The notes beneath the pieces are model-generated. The model was not told the DNA's origin. It made no database searches and saw only the letters and a list, made by a program, of their open reading frames with translations. From Enterobacter phage vB_ExiM_F4M1E: a stretch of 64,000 nt of DNA. Of this stretch, positions 43,753-53,173 are shown piece after piece. The stretch lies in the sequence record OL744216.1; one strand, written 5' to 3'. Within the stretch, counting starts at the first letter, position 1. Each line of letters starts with the position of its first letter. The position numbers were made by a program, and so were the translations under genes.

Positions 43753-44013
43753 TCACCCCCGATATCCGTTTTTGAATGCCCGCTGGGTAATCCCGGAGAA
43801 CTTCTTTAGGTCCTCCATCTTAAAGCCGGGGTAGTTTTCTTCCAAGAAGCCCTGCATGGCCCCATAGAGATCAGACATCTCGACAAGAATCATGACGTGG
43901 CTACCCTGACGGTGTGCATCCAGCAGTTCCTCGACCTCCTCTTGAATCTTGCCGAGAGATCCGAAACGGCGTTTTTCTATTTTATCCAAGTGATAACCTG
44001 GTTTATTTTCCAC
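43753..44013 (-). CDS. hypothetical protein (86 aa)
   Basis: ORF in array. Confidence 0.45.
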   Translation of the reverse strand: MENKPGYHLDKIEKRRFGSLGKIQEEVEELLDAHRQGSHVMILVEMSDLYGAMQGFLEENYPGFKMEDLKKFSGITQRAFKNGYRG

Positions 44014-44025
44014 AATGTGCCCTCC

Positions 44026-44517
44026 TCACGGACAACAGCGGTCTGACCCGCCGCAGTAATATGACCAGTTCTTACCGTCATAGTAATTTACTGATCCGAC
44101 TCTTTCACATCTCTCGCAGCGTTCCTCTCTTACGTAGTAGTCGATGCTGCACGAGTGTGGTCTGTTGAAAGCCTCGATTAGGTCAAAGCATAAGGTTCTT
44201 AACCACTGCATCTGATTATGGTCACAAACCTCCAGCAAGTCAATCTCTTCTTTTCTCGGACGGGCAGGATCTTCGAAATATGGTGTCACAACCGACCCGA
44301 GTGCGAGACTGGTTACCTCACCATCCACCACGTTGTACACAATATCCTCTATGTGGCGGACAGTAACTTCTTCGATTACTTCCTTGCAGGCTTTTCCACC
44401 AATGCTTACTTTCCCATTCCGGATGTTGTCCTCAATCCAACGAATCACCGGGAATTTCTCCCGGTGTGTTTTCATTGACAACAGGTAAGCCATTCTTCCG
44501 TTGTTCATTGTTACCAT
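44026..44517 (-). CDS. Cys-rich hypothetical protein (163 aa)
   Basis: CERCERVGS...CGGSDRCC cysteine clusters. Confidence 0.45.
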   Translation of the reverse strand: MVTMNNGRMAYLLSMKTHREKFPVIRWIEDNIRNGKVSIGGKACKEVIEEVTVRHIEDIVYNVVDGEVTSLALGSVVTPYFEDPARPRKEEIDLLEVCDHNQMQWLRTLCFDLIEAFNRPHSCSIDYYVREERCERCERVGSVNYYDGKNWSYYCGGSDRCCP

Positions 44518-45629
44518 ACGGAATCCTGAACTTTGAGGATCAGTTCTTCAGCCAAGCGTTTGTTGCTGTTCTTTGGCAACTTACTCTCATGGTACAGAAC
44601 TTCACGAATCAGTTTATCCTTGTCTTCCGCCCACTCAACGATATCCTCATAGCTGTGGGTTCCGTTACGGATGCCGAGCAGTTCCTCTGCGTCCGGACGG
44701 CGAACGATAACCTGACCAGTTTCCAAGATTTCCTGTCCCATACGGAGAAGGCGCACCAAGTGCATGGCATGTTTGGTGTCGTAACCGAACTTCTCTTCCA
44801 GTTCGTGCCGGGCGGCGTTACGGTTCTTCACCCACTGCCAGTAGTTGTGATGCTTATCCTTTGCCACCATATGGTCCTGCCGCAGATACTTCACGATGAA
44901 CAGCGGCGGTTGCTTCTTCACAGATTCCGGGATCTCGTCGTACTGCAATTTACGGATCGATCCATCCGGGTTGAACATTGGGCCAACATCTTCCCGATGG
45001 TCTGGAACGACACCGTAGATGTCTGCACCGAATGGCACCAGTGTGCAAACGCCTTCCATGTTGTTCAGCTTACGCATGAAGTCTTCGTGCTTCAACACCT
45101 TCACGTCGAGGTAGCTCTGGACCAAACGGAAGAACTCCAGTTGGGTAGGCTTGGCCTCCGGCATCGGGTTATTGATGTGCTTGTTGTGACCACGAATACG
45201 TTTCAACTGGGCCATTGCATAACCGCCGAAGCGGTAGGCTACGTTTTTGTTCAGCAACTCCGGCAGGAAAGATTTGAGGTAGTCCCACGCCGGGTGCTTG
45301 TACAGGGTTGCCTGATCATCGGTGAAGCCAAGCTCGATGATGTTGGGATTCATGTCGCAGAACAATTCCATGAAGTTGTTCAGTTCATAAACCTTACCAT
45401 CCTCTTCGTCCTCAATCCCCATTTCACGGAGAGTGCGGAACGGTGCCCGGATGACTCCCGGGCGGGCAACGATAATGCCACGGATATCGGTATCGCTAGT
45501 CGGAGTCGCCGTCCCATACGCATGAGATCCGGCGAGACATAACATCAGCACCTTCGACACGTCTTTGTGACTTTCCAGTTTCTCGACGATGCTTTTTACC
45601 CTTCCATTTGTCACAATGGTATTTTCCAT
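44511..45629 (-). CDS. Pol-beta superfamily nucleotidyltransferase (possibly RlaP-like RNA-repair-associated NTase; start at MENTIV)
   Basis: hGS-x9-13-DxD signature AGSHAYGTATPTSDTDIRG; GGAGGA RBS; possible Rx4H (RNAARH) in C-terminal helical part. Confidence 0.55.
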   Translation of the reverse strand: MENTIVTNGRVKSIVEKLESHKDVSKVLMLCLAGSHAYGTATPTSDTDIRGIIVARPGVIRAPFRTLREMGIEDEEDGKVYELNNFMELFCDMNPNIIELGFTDDQATLYKHPAWDYLKSFLPELLNKNVAYRFGGYAMAQLKRIRGHNKHINNPMPEAKPTQLEFFRLVQSYLDVKVLKHEDFMRKLNNMEGVCTLVPFGADIYGVVPDHREDVGPMFNPDGSIRKLQYDEIPESVKKQPPLFIVKYLRQDHMVAKDKHHNYWQWVKNRNAARHELEEKFGYDTKHAMHLVRLLRMGQEILETGQVIVRRPDAEELLGIRNGTHSYEDIVEWAEDKDKLIREVLYHESKLPKNSNKRLAEELILKVQDSVW

Positions 45630-45726
45630 TAATCCTCCAGTCGTGCAAATCACAGAGACCAACCCACCCGGGCTTCTTCACCCGGATGAAATTGTTGCAG
45701 TTCGTACAGTCTTTGGTTAGAGACAT
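45496..45726 (-). CDS. possible zinc-ribbon protein (76 aa); overlaps NTase N-terminus in another frame
   Basis: CTNCNN...CDLHDW...HCDKW pattern; 134-nt overlap makes it doubtful. Confidence 0.2.
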   Translation of the reverse strand: MSLTKDCTNCNNFIRVKKPGWVGLCDLHDWRINGKYHCDKWKGKKHRRETGKSQRRVEGADVMSRRISCVWDGDSD

Positions 45727-46118
45727 TTTACCCCGTAGACAATTAGCGCGATCACCATCCCACTTGTGTAGATTGCACCGAAGACATGTTGACCGTAAGT
45801 GAACGTTTTGGTCTTACCTGCATTGGCGATCCCCAGAATGTATCCCACGATGATCGATGCCCAGTGAACAATCAGGATGCCAAGGCTCAGTGCGCCAGGA
45901 GACCAAATGTACAGCGAGTACGAAAGGTACGCTGCAAAGATACCCATCAAGGTCTTAAAGAGAAGAGACCCGGCACCCAGCGTCCGCTGTTCGAACTTCA
46001 ATGCTTCCGGCTTAATGCTTTCTAAGAAGAGCATCAGACCCAAGCTGATTACATTCAGGCTCGCGCCCAAGCAGAAGATTACCATAAGAACGATGTACTG
46101 CCAAGTTGGTGCCAACAT
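45717..46118 (-). CDS. integral membrane protein (133 aa)
   Basis: four hydrophobic helices. Confidence 0.45.
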   Translation of the reverse strand: MLAPTWQYIVLMVIFCLGASLNVISLGLMLFLESIKPEALKFEQRTLGAGSLLFKTLMGIFAAYLSYSLYIWSPGALSLGILIVHWASIIVGYILGIANAGKTKTFTYGQHVFGAIYTSGMVIALIVYGVKCL

Positions 46119-46519
46119 TATAATTGCTCCTCATAAATATCAGTGATGAGGTCAGAGACCTCGAAAGGTTCTAACTCTTCGACGTTAATCAGGCGTTTCA
46201 GGCGCTCAATAACGAAGTCCTTCTTCACAAACACATCCGACAGGTGTGCAATGTCCTGCTTCCCACGCATCCCGCTGACCAACTGCTTGTACCGGATGTG
46301 CTCATAATACTCTTCCCGGGTGATGTCTGTCAACATGTTTCCATCTTCCAGTCGCAGAAAGACGATGCCGTGGTCCCAGTCGAATCCGCTGTGGGCAGAG
46401 TCTACACCGACACGTGGTGTTCCGCCAATGGTCACGAAACCTTTGTCGATCTGTACCGCCACTTTGTCTTCCGGGTTGCATTTCTGCAACTGCTCAATCA
46501 ACTCTTTAACTTTTATCAT
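46118..46519 (-). CDS. hypothetical protein (133 aa)
   Basis: ORF in array. Confidence 0.45.
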   Translation of the reverse strand: MIKVKELIEQLQKCNPEDKVAVQIDKGFVTIGGTPRVGVDSAHSGFDWDHGIVFLRLEDGNMLTDITREEYYEHIRYKQLVSGMRGKQDIAHLSDVFVKKDFVIERLKRLINVEELEPFEVSDLITDIYEEQL

Positions 46520-46815
46520 TTGCCAACCTTACAGAAATGTGCCAAGGCCAAGCCGATCAGGGACAGAACTGCCGCTGCCAAGATGAACGGTAAAAAGAAC
46601 GGCAGTATTGTCAGCAGTACCGGGGTGATGAAGCCAAGAACGGCACCAACCAACGATCCCAGCATGGCCCCATTTTCACGATTGTAACTCGGTTCCCCGG
46701 CAAGGGCCAAGAGTACCACCCCCAACCATACCAAGACGCCGATTATCGCCCATACCCACCCGATCATCACGACACTACCGATGGCGTTCGAGGCCGCAAC
46801 CATTAAATCAAACAT
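46516..46815 (-). CDS. integral membrane protein (99 aa)
   Basis: three TM helices. Confidence 0.45.
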   Translation of the reverse strand: MFDLMVAASNAIGSVVMIGWVWAIIGVLVWLGVVLLALAGEPSYNRENGAMLGSLVGAVLGFITPVLLTILPFFLPFILAAAVLSLIGLALAHFCKVGK

Positions 46816-46816
46816 A

Positions 46817-47272
46817 TTAACCCCTTTTAAGATGGAACTTTTTCAGTTCGACGATGAAATTACGTTCTGTTTCCGTAAAGTCTACCCAGCGGCAGTAATC
46901 GCCCTCGGCAAAGTACCCCGCCGGGGCCTTCCCGTCCTCATCCAACTTCACGTCGTAGAAGTGATCCGGGAGAACAAAGGCCACTGCGGTCAGCGCTCCG
47001 TTCAGTGCATCCTCTTCCTCGTGGAAGTAGGCATAAGGGATGGAATTTGGAATCTTGTCCGCAAATTCATACATACGCTGCTGGTATCCACCATCCAGTA
47101 CGATGAAGGTTTTGTCCTTTTTGAGCCATTGCTCAATCATCTTCATCTTCGGATTGTCCCGAGGCTCATCCCAATATTCAGCCATCAGTTCGCAAGCTGC
47201 GTGTCCGGCCTGGATACCCGATTGGATACCCATGATATACTGATTCACCAAGAAATACATGCGGGTCTTCAC
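46817..47272 (-). CDS. hypothetical protein (151 aa)
   Basis: ORF in array. Confidence 0.5.
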   Translation of the reverse strand: MKTRMYFLVNQYIMGIQSGIQAGHAACELMAEYWDEPRDNPKMKMIEQWLKKDKTFIVLDGGYQQRMYEFADKIPNSIPYAYFHEEEDALNGALTAVAFVLPDHFYDVKLDEDGKAPAGYFAEGDYCRWVDFTETERNFIVELKKFHLKRG

Positions 47273-47592
47273 TCTTTACCTCCGAAAATTTTACGGGCCA
47301 ATTCCTCATTGCCGATTGTGTGGTTCCAAATCCAGCAGACGATTTCGATAATCCAAGCCACAACATAAAACAGAATCAGCAGGCCCCAACCTAGAGGCCA
47401 CAACACCGCCATCAGGACCCATCCAAGCATCAGTAGGCTCCAGTCCACATTTTTGTGGTTCAGCGGATCAAGCAGATTCCCGTCAAATTTACGAGGCATC
47501 TGGATATACCACCCACGCTGGCGGAGTTTGATGCCTAAAAACCAAAGCACGGCACTAATACAGACGCCAAGTAGGTAAATTTGAATCGTCAT
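47269..47592 (-). CDS. membrane protein (107 aa)
   Basis: Trp-rich TM helices. Confidence 0.45.
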   Translation of the reverse strand: MTIQIYLLGVCISAVLWFLGIKLRQRGWYIQMPRKFDGNLLDPLNHKNVDWSLLMLGWVLMAVLWPLGWGLLILFYVVAWIIEIVCWIWNHTIGNEELARKIFGGKE

Positions 47593-48874
47593 ATCCTTCC
47601 TCCTCTCTTAATTTTTTGATTTCTGCCTTAACCCGGGTCAGGGCACGGGCGACGTATTTAACTTTCATCGCTCGGATCTCAGAAGAGATTAATTCACGAC
47701 GACCTGCCAATCTCGTGGAGATCTCTTTACTCTTTTCGGAGATTTCCAGTCGATTCTTGTGCAACTCAACAGCACAGGCCCATAATACATGAGGCTGGTC
47801 GTAGATGTCAAACATTTTCTCCGGCCCACGGCCCCGTGCGTCGCACATACAAGCCTCGATGAACTTCAGTGCGAACTGATTTTCCTGCGGTTTGTGCGCC
47901 TTGATGCGTTCAATCAGGTCGAATACCTTGCGGGGCTTCAGGTCCATGATCCGGTGCAGTCGTGTGTGGTCGGCACAAACGCGATGGGCGAGGTCTGCCC
48001 ATTTGTTTGGTACGCCAAAGCGATCACTCAGTTGTGCAACGAACCCAAGGCCAAACTCTTCGTGTCCGTGCAGGTTCCCGTACTCAAAATACTGGACCTT
48101 TCCCAAGTCGTGACACAGGACTGCCCATTTCACCTCCGGTGATGACATGATGCGCTGGGCATAGTCCAAACACAGCAGCGTGTGAACGTATGCATCACCC
48201 TCGGGATGGTGGGCTTTCGGCTGCAATGCACCTCTCAGGTTTGCCACCTCCGGCATTTCCCCAAGATTGCAGAGCATGTCGATCATTAATGATGGTCGGT
48301 TATCATTACTCTGGTCCTCGAAGCATTTGCGGATCTCTGCCATCTTACGCTCTTTCGGCAGCGCTGCCAAGGTCGCCTTTGCACTCTCGCAAATGAACAT
48401 CGTTGAGTGGTCCACGACGAACTTCCCTCCGAAACGGGCCAAGAAGCGGGCCAGTCGGTAGATGCGGAGAGGGTCTTCACGCATCGCTGCCGCTGACACG
48501 TTCCGAAGCACACCCTTTTGTATATCACGGATACCACCGTATGGGTCGATGTATTCCCCGGTCTCCAGATCCTTTGCGATCGCGTTGATTGTCAGGTCCC
48601 GACGGGCCAAGTCCTCTTCGATGGTCACATCCGGGCTGAACATCACTTCGAAATCGTGGTATCCGTCCCCGGTGGAGCGCTCCTTGCGGGCCAAGGCGTA
48701 CTCTTCCTTGGTCTCCGGGTGCAGGTACACAGGGAAAGCCGCACCGTGAGGCATACCGAACCCGAGGGACAGCATTTCTTCATGGGTTGAGCCAACAACC
48801 ACGTAGTCACGGTCTTTGCTCGGAACACCCATCAGTTCATCGCGGACCGCTCCGCCGACCAGATAGATTTTCAT
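47555..48874 (-). CDS. cca: CCA-adding tRNA nucleotidyltransferase with HD domain
   Basis: N-terminal MKIYLVGGAVRDELMG...DRDYVV head motif; HDLGK HD motif. Confidence 0.8.
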   Translation of the reverse strand: MKIYLVGGAVRDELMGVPSKDRDYVVVGSTHEEMLSLGFGMPHGAAFPVYLHPETKEEYALARKERSTGDGYHDFEVMFSPDVTIEEDLARRDLTINAIAKDLETGEYIDPYGGIRDIQKGVLRNVSAAAMREDPLRIYRLARFLARFGGKFVVDHSTMFICESAKATLAALPKERKMAEIRKCFEDQSNDNRPSLMIDMLCNLGEMPEVANLRGALQPKAHHPEGDAYVHTLLCLDYAQRIMSSPEVKWAVLCHDLGKVQYFEYGNLHGHEEFGLGFVAQLSDRFGVPNKWADLAHRVCADHTRLHRIMDLKPRKVFDLIERIKAHKPQENQFALKFIEACMCDARGRGPEKMFDIYDQPHVLWACAVELHKNRLEISEKSKEISTRLAGRRELISSEIRAMKVKYVARALTRVKAEIKKLREEEGYDDSNLPTWRLY

Positions 48875-49092
48875 TTTTTGATGTTCCCTTCCCAGTTGTA
48901 CAGATAATCATCGAAGGTCTCTTCACAATCGGCAGAGACCACCACTTCCGTATCATCACCCCAGTTGGTGACTCCAGACTCAACAACCTTCAGATGCTTT
49001 GCACCCCACGAAGGGTTGTACACATCATCGAAAAACTTGCCCGGCACCGTGCCGCCCTCAAACAAATAGGTTCTTTCTACGTATCCGCTCAC
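48871..49092 (-). CDS. hypothetical protein (73 aa)
   Basis: ATGA overlap. Confidence 0.4.
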   Translation of the reverse strand: MSGYVERTYLFEGGTVPGKFFDDVYNPSWGAKHLKVVESGVTNWGDDTEVVVSADCEETFDDYLYNWEGNIKK

Positions 49093-49421
49093 ACTCTTTC
49101 TCCTCGTAAGTTTACAGACCAGCGATCAATATCCTTCTCCCAGTCCATCGTTCGTTTCTGGGTCTCTTTCTCACCACGCAGGTATCTTATGATATTCAGC
49201 GGGTGCTTGTCAACAAAAGAAACGTCGCTGAACGGATCATGCTCACCACGGAGCATGTTCTCGAAGCGGGTGAACTCGTTTTCCGCCTTCGGCTCGATAG
49301 TCATGACGTCAAAATCGCCATGTGGGCGAGAAGGATCATGAGGATACACAATCATTTCGTACCCGGACAGGGTTTTTGCTTTCTTTGTAAACACCGGACG
49401 GTAAAAAATGTCGTATTTCAT
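49089..49421 (-). CDS. hypothetical protein (110 aa; start at MKYDIF)
   Basis: GAGGAG RBS 6 nt before ATG. Confidence 0.45.
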   Translation of the reverse strand: MKYDIFYRPVFTKKAKTLSGYEMIVYPHDPSRPHGDFDVMTIEPKAENEFTRFENMLRGEHDPFSDVSFVDKHPLNIIRYLRGEKETQKRTMDWEKDIDRWSVNLRGERV

Positions 49422-49467
49422 GGTCATCTCCTCTTCAATGATGGTCATTATACACAGACCTGAACGC

Positions 49468-49508
49468 AATGCAATAAAAAAGGCCACCCGAAGGTGACCT
49501 TTTTGTTA
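49468..49508. terminator. bidirectional intrinsic terminator (AAAAAAGGCCACCCGAAGGTGACCTTTTTTG)
   Basis: hairpin with A-run and T-run on both sides. Confidence 0.6.
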
Positions 49509-50018
49509 TTTTGGAGAAACCCAGTAGAAAGGCTTCTCCAGATTCAGCTTTTTCTTCGGGTCCCAGATGAAAAATGCGTACCCGGCACCGTCTGTCTTAC
49601 CGTCATCTGTGAATGATGGCCTTTTGGACAGCGTAATCAGGTTGTCAAGAGGGTACTGTTTCCAGAACTCCTCTCGACGCATACTCTCCAAGAACCCCAA
49701 GCGAAGCAGCATGATTACGACATCGGCATCCTTGTGAGCCTTCTCCACGAACTCCTGCGCCAGTGAGTACGGGGGGTTGGTGATAATGCAATCCACACGA
49801 TCATAAGAGGTATTAAGATAATCAACACCTTCTCGGATCTCTCCCCACGCCGAACCAATCGGCAGTTCGTTGTAAAAGCGCCCGGAGGCGCGGCATGGCT
49901 CCATGTAGGTCCAGCCCTTTCGGATTGGAATCAGGTCGAACAGACATTTAACAGCCCATTCCGGGGTTTCGTACACGTCGAAAGCCTTACGTTCGCCCTT
50001 TGGCTTCAATGCCGCCAT
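49506..50018 (-). CDS. DNA N6-adenine methyltransferase (small Dam-like)
   Basis: motif IV CIITNPPY; size typical of phage Dam family. Confidence 0.6.
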   Translation of the reverse strand: MAALKPKGERKAFDVYETPEWAVKCLFDLIPIRKGWTYMEPCRASGRFYNELPIGSAWGEIREGVDYLNTSYDRVDCIITNPPYSLAQEFVEKAHKDADVVIMLLRLGFLESMRREEFWKQYPLDNLITLSKRPSFTDDGKTDGAGYAFFIWDPKKKLNLEKPFYWVSPK

Positions 50019-51031
50019 TAATCTTCCTCTCCAACATAGAACTGACTGCCTGCCAAGATCTCTTCAATCAAGCACTCCAGTGCCTGCTGACGAGTATTCT
50101 GTGAAGGGTCGAGGTCAATACCAAAGGCAACTCCGATCTCCTCGATCTCGTCCATATTGTACTCATCGAAATCTTTCGGGCACAAGGTGCTCAGGCGGAA
50201 CACTTTTTTGTAACCGTCGTCCAGAGTGATGTCGAACTCGTCTCCCTGCGGGAAGTCTTCCGCTGACTTCACTTTTGTTTCTGGGAACGGCATGGATACA
50301 ACCTCCGTGGTTGGCTTACCTTGCCCTTTGACCACCAAATCCCACCACTCTTTTGGTGATAAATCACCACGTGCCTCTTCACAAGTGGTTGCGCCATATC
50401 CCACCAACCCTCCGTCGGGGGTCTTCATCAAAACCCCAGGCTTTCCATTATCATTGACAATGGCGATTTCAGGTTGATTAGGTGCAGCCTTCTCCAGCCT
50501 TTCACGCATCTCTTCTGCGGTCAGGTAGATTTCCCCTGCACGTTCGAACAACTCAGCCAGTTCAATAGGTGTCAGGACCTCAGCCATCATCCCGTAGAAC
50601 TTCTCTTTGAAGAGACGTTCATAAAACTTGCTACGGGCGATCACGTGGGCACTATCACCACCAGACCCCAACTGAACGTTGTGGAACATGAAATAACAAC
50701 CGTCTTCGCAAATACGCTCGTCACCTGCCAGGAAGATCGTGGTTGCTGCACTGGCGCACTCACCGATAGCACGAGTAATGATCTTCGCCTTGCTGTCACG
50801 GAAAGCAGCGAGGTACATGTCGGCAATGTCTACGCGCCCGCCCGGGGACGTAATCAGGATTTCAATAACATCCTCTTCCTCTGCGGTCCGAATCATGTCC
50901 AAACCCTCGAAGTGGTTTCGCGGATCGTTGTCCAGTTCGGTCACATAGAGACGCCAGTCACGGCGCTCTTGAGGGGTACACCACAGATTACCACGGTAAG
51001 TCTGGTCAACGGTATCAAATTGCTCTTCCAT
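50018..51031 (-). CDS. ClpP-like serine protease (S14 family) with C-terminal extension
   Basis: ILITSPGG active-site Ser motif and downstream FMFHNVQ His region. Confidence 0.5.
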   Translation of the reverse strand: MEEQFDTVDQTYRGNLWCTPQERRDWRLYVTELDNDPRNHFEGLDMIRTAEEEDVIEILITSPGGRVDIADMYLAAFRDSKAKIITRAIGECASAATTIFLAGDERICEDGCYFMFHNVQLGSGGDSAHVIARSKFYERLFKEKFYGMMAEVLTPIELAELFERAGEIYLTAEEMRERLEKAAPNQPEIAIVNDNGKPGVLMKTPDGGLVGYGATTCEEARGDLSPKEWWDLVVKGQGKPTTEVVSMPFPETKVKSAEDFPQGDEFDITLDDGYKKVFRLSTLCPKDFDEYNMDEIEEIGVAFGIDLDPSQNTRQQALECLIEEILAGSQFYVGEED

Positions 51032-51507
51032 CAGGCCCCCTTGTTCAGTTCAGTACGGACACGAATGTGGTTCTGGAGAATCCACTCGATAACCTGCGAG
51101 CGGTCAGAGTCCACGATCACTTCATGGTGACGCTTAAACATATCGAGAATCTTCTGTGCCTCTACGGCGTATCGCGCCGCCCGGTCGATAAACAGCAAAC
51201 GATCCTTTGCTTCGCTGGTCACCGGACAGAGTTCACTCGGGACCTCAATGTCCGACAGGTGGTCAACAATTTCCTGGCGTTCAGAGAACATCAGGTTCAC
51301 CTCTTGGTCGATCGGCATAGAGAGGTTGAACAGTTTGTACCAAAAGCCTGTTTTAACATTCTGCTTACGGATGGCGATGATCTCTTCCTTCATATTGAGA
51401 AAGAGGAGTTCTGCCAGATCCTCAAGGCGTTCGGCATCCACCGCGCCACAGTTTTTAAGCTCCATCAGCTTACGATGTTCAACCGTAGCGAAAATACCCT
51501 TATCCAT
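51031..51507 (-). CDS. hypothetical protein (158 aa; start at MDKGIF)
   Basis: AAGGGAGAG RBS before internal ATG. Confidence 0.45.
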   Translation of the reverse strand: MDKGIFATVEHRKLMELKNCGAVDAERLEDLAELLFLNMKEEIIAIRKQNVKTGFWYKLFNLSMPIDQEVNLMFSERQEIVDHLSDIEVPSELCPVTSEAKDRLLFIDRAARYAVEAQKILDMFKRHHEVIVDSDRSQVIEWILQNHIRVRTELNKGA

Positions 51508-51517
51508 AAACTCTCCC

Positions 51518-51832
51518 TTAGATACCGACGAGGTAGTGAAATTTTCCGTCATCTGACGTAATTTTGTCAATAACGTAGTACCACTCATTGATACCTCGCT
51601 TAACAGGAATGCTTACCCGGTCTCCCGGTGACAACTGCACGTCCGACACGTGCTCAATCGCCTCTCGGAAATAACGCCAGAACGTCATCTCCTTGAAAGC
51701 ACAGATCCGCTTGTTGGACCCATCCACTGTCCAAAGCGCTTGGTTGGCCCACTGGCCCACTGACCACTTTCCGGTCTTCTTATCCTTACCCAGTGCAAAA
51801 GCACTGTTAAGGTTATTACGATTTAATGCCAC
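51518..51832 (-). CDS. hypothetical protein (104 aa, GTG start)
   Basis: GGAGGAAAAAC before GTG. Confidence 0.4.
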   Translation of the reverse strand: MALNRNNLNSAFALGKDKKTGKWSVGQWANQALWTVDGSNKRICAFKEMTFWRYFREAIEHVSDVQLSPGDRVSIPVKRGINEWYYVIDKITSDDGKFHYLVGI

Positions 51833-52412
51833 GTTTTTCCTCCATACTTACCAAAAACTTCTCAAGGACTTCGTGGTTTTTATCGTGCAGAAGGTTCAAG
51901 GTACGAATACCCTGCTTCTTCGCAAGATTGACCGCCGTCGCCGTTCCACCTTTCGGGTCTCCCTTTTTGGTTTCGAGGGCGTAATATAGCACAAACTTGC
52001 TCTGGTTCAAGTAAGCATTTCCGAGATCGGCACCGAACAACTGGTGTACGTTCCGTTCATGGAGCTTGCGAGCACCTTGGGATAACCTCTCCCACCCACC
52101 ATGCACTTCCTTCACCCAATCCCAACGCATCTCTGCGTGTTCCGGGAACTGTCTGTCCACAGCGTCCAAAGTGATGTCCCACGTATTGACAAGGCCATCA
52201 CCACCTGTGAAACCTCTCCAAGGGATGAAGATCTCACATTTTGCACCTTCAAATCTCTGCGCTCCACGTTGGAACGCCGCATCTGCCCCGGCAGCTTTAC
52301 CGGAACGCAAAACAAATCCCATGCGGGCCAGTCGGTAAGCGGCGTCCTCCATGACGCCTACGACTTCAGCCGGGGTTTCACGGGAACCAATCCCGGTGTA
52401 TGCCGTCATCAT
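51816..52412 (-). CDS. Rossmann-fold SLOG/DprA-like domain protein (198 aa)
   Basis: TGIGSRETP...SGKAAGADAAFQRGA resembles Smf/DprA/LOG fold motifs; weak. Confidence 0.4.
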   Translation of the reverse strand: MMTAYTGIGSRETPAEVVGVMEDAAYRLARMGFVLRSGKAAGADAAFQRGAQRFEGAKCEIFIPWRGFTGGDGLVNTWDITLDAVDRQFPEHAEMRWDWVKEVHGGWERLSQGARKLHERNVHQLFGADLGNAYLNQSKFVLYYALETKKGDPKGGTATAVNLAKKQGIRTLNLLHDKNHEVLEKFLVSMEEKRGIKS

Positions 52413-53158
52413 TACTCCTGATTTAAGTCACGCTCCCGCGCCTTAACAACTGCCTTACAGAACGGGCTACGGACGATATCGTCACTGGAACCTTCAACAA
52501 ACTCTGCCAGATGGAAGAGATTGTGACGATCGATAAACTCAATCGCCCAGTCCAGCCCGGATTCACGGCCCTTCATGTCGTTCTGAGTGATATCTCCCAG
52601 GCAGAACATTTTGGAACCCTCACCCAGTCGTGTCATGATCGTGTATGCAGTCTCTTCGTCCGTGTTCTGGAACTCGTCGATGATAACCACAGAATCCTCA
52701 AAGGATCGACCACGCACGTACTCCAGAGGAACGAACTCAATGTTCTTGTTGTTCAACTGGGTCTCGTAGTAGTTCGCTCCGTAGCGATCCTTGACCACCT
52801 GAACCAGCGCCGCGAGGTACGGTTCAAATTTCTCTCGGATATCGCCCGGCAGCAGGCCCAAACTGTTACCCATACCCACGGTCGGGCGGGACAGGACGAT
52901 CTTTTTAATCTTCCCAGATTTGAGCCAGTCAATGACGGTACTCATCACAACGAAAGTCTTACCAGTGCCAGCGGGGCCGTTGACAAACACGGCATCCTTC
53001 TGGTTTACCGCACTCAAAAGGCTTTTCTGGAAGTGGGTACGGGTTTGGATAGCCTTAGCCAGTTCCACCTCTTCCTTGGCGCGTGGTGTTACCACACGCT
53101 CACGGCTTGCCTTCTTCTCACGGCGAGATTGACGCTCTTGACGATTGTTATGACGCAT
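52412..53158 (-). CDS. phoH: PhoH-like ATPase
   Basis: Walker A VFVNGPAGTGKTF; Walker B VVIIDEFQN; typical size. Confidence 0.8.
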   Translation of the reverse strand: MRHNNRQERQSRREKKASRERVVTPRAKEEVELAKAIQTRTHFQKSLLSAVNQKDAVFVNGPAGTGKTFVVMSTVIDWLKSGKIKKIVLSRPTVGMGNSLGLLPGDIREKFEPYLAALVQVVKDRYGANYYETQLNNKNIEFVPLEYVRGRSFEDSVVIIDEFQNTDEETAYTIMTRLGEGSKMFCLGDITQNDMKGRESGLDWAIEFIDRHNLFHLAEFVEGSSDDIVRSPFCKAVVKARERDLNQE

Positions 53159-53173
53159 AGTACCTCCTAACGA

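Noticed and set aside
44466-45542. ORF 44466-45542(+) 358 aa
   Set aside because: It is antisense to the nucleotidyltransferase gene, which carries a clear catalytic motif. The plus-strand translation is Leu/Val/His-rich with no motif.
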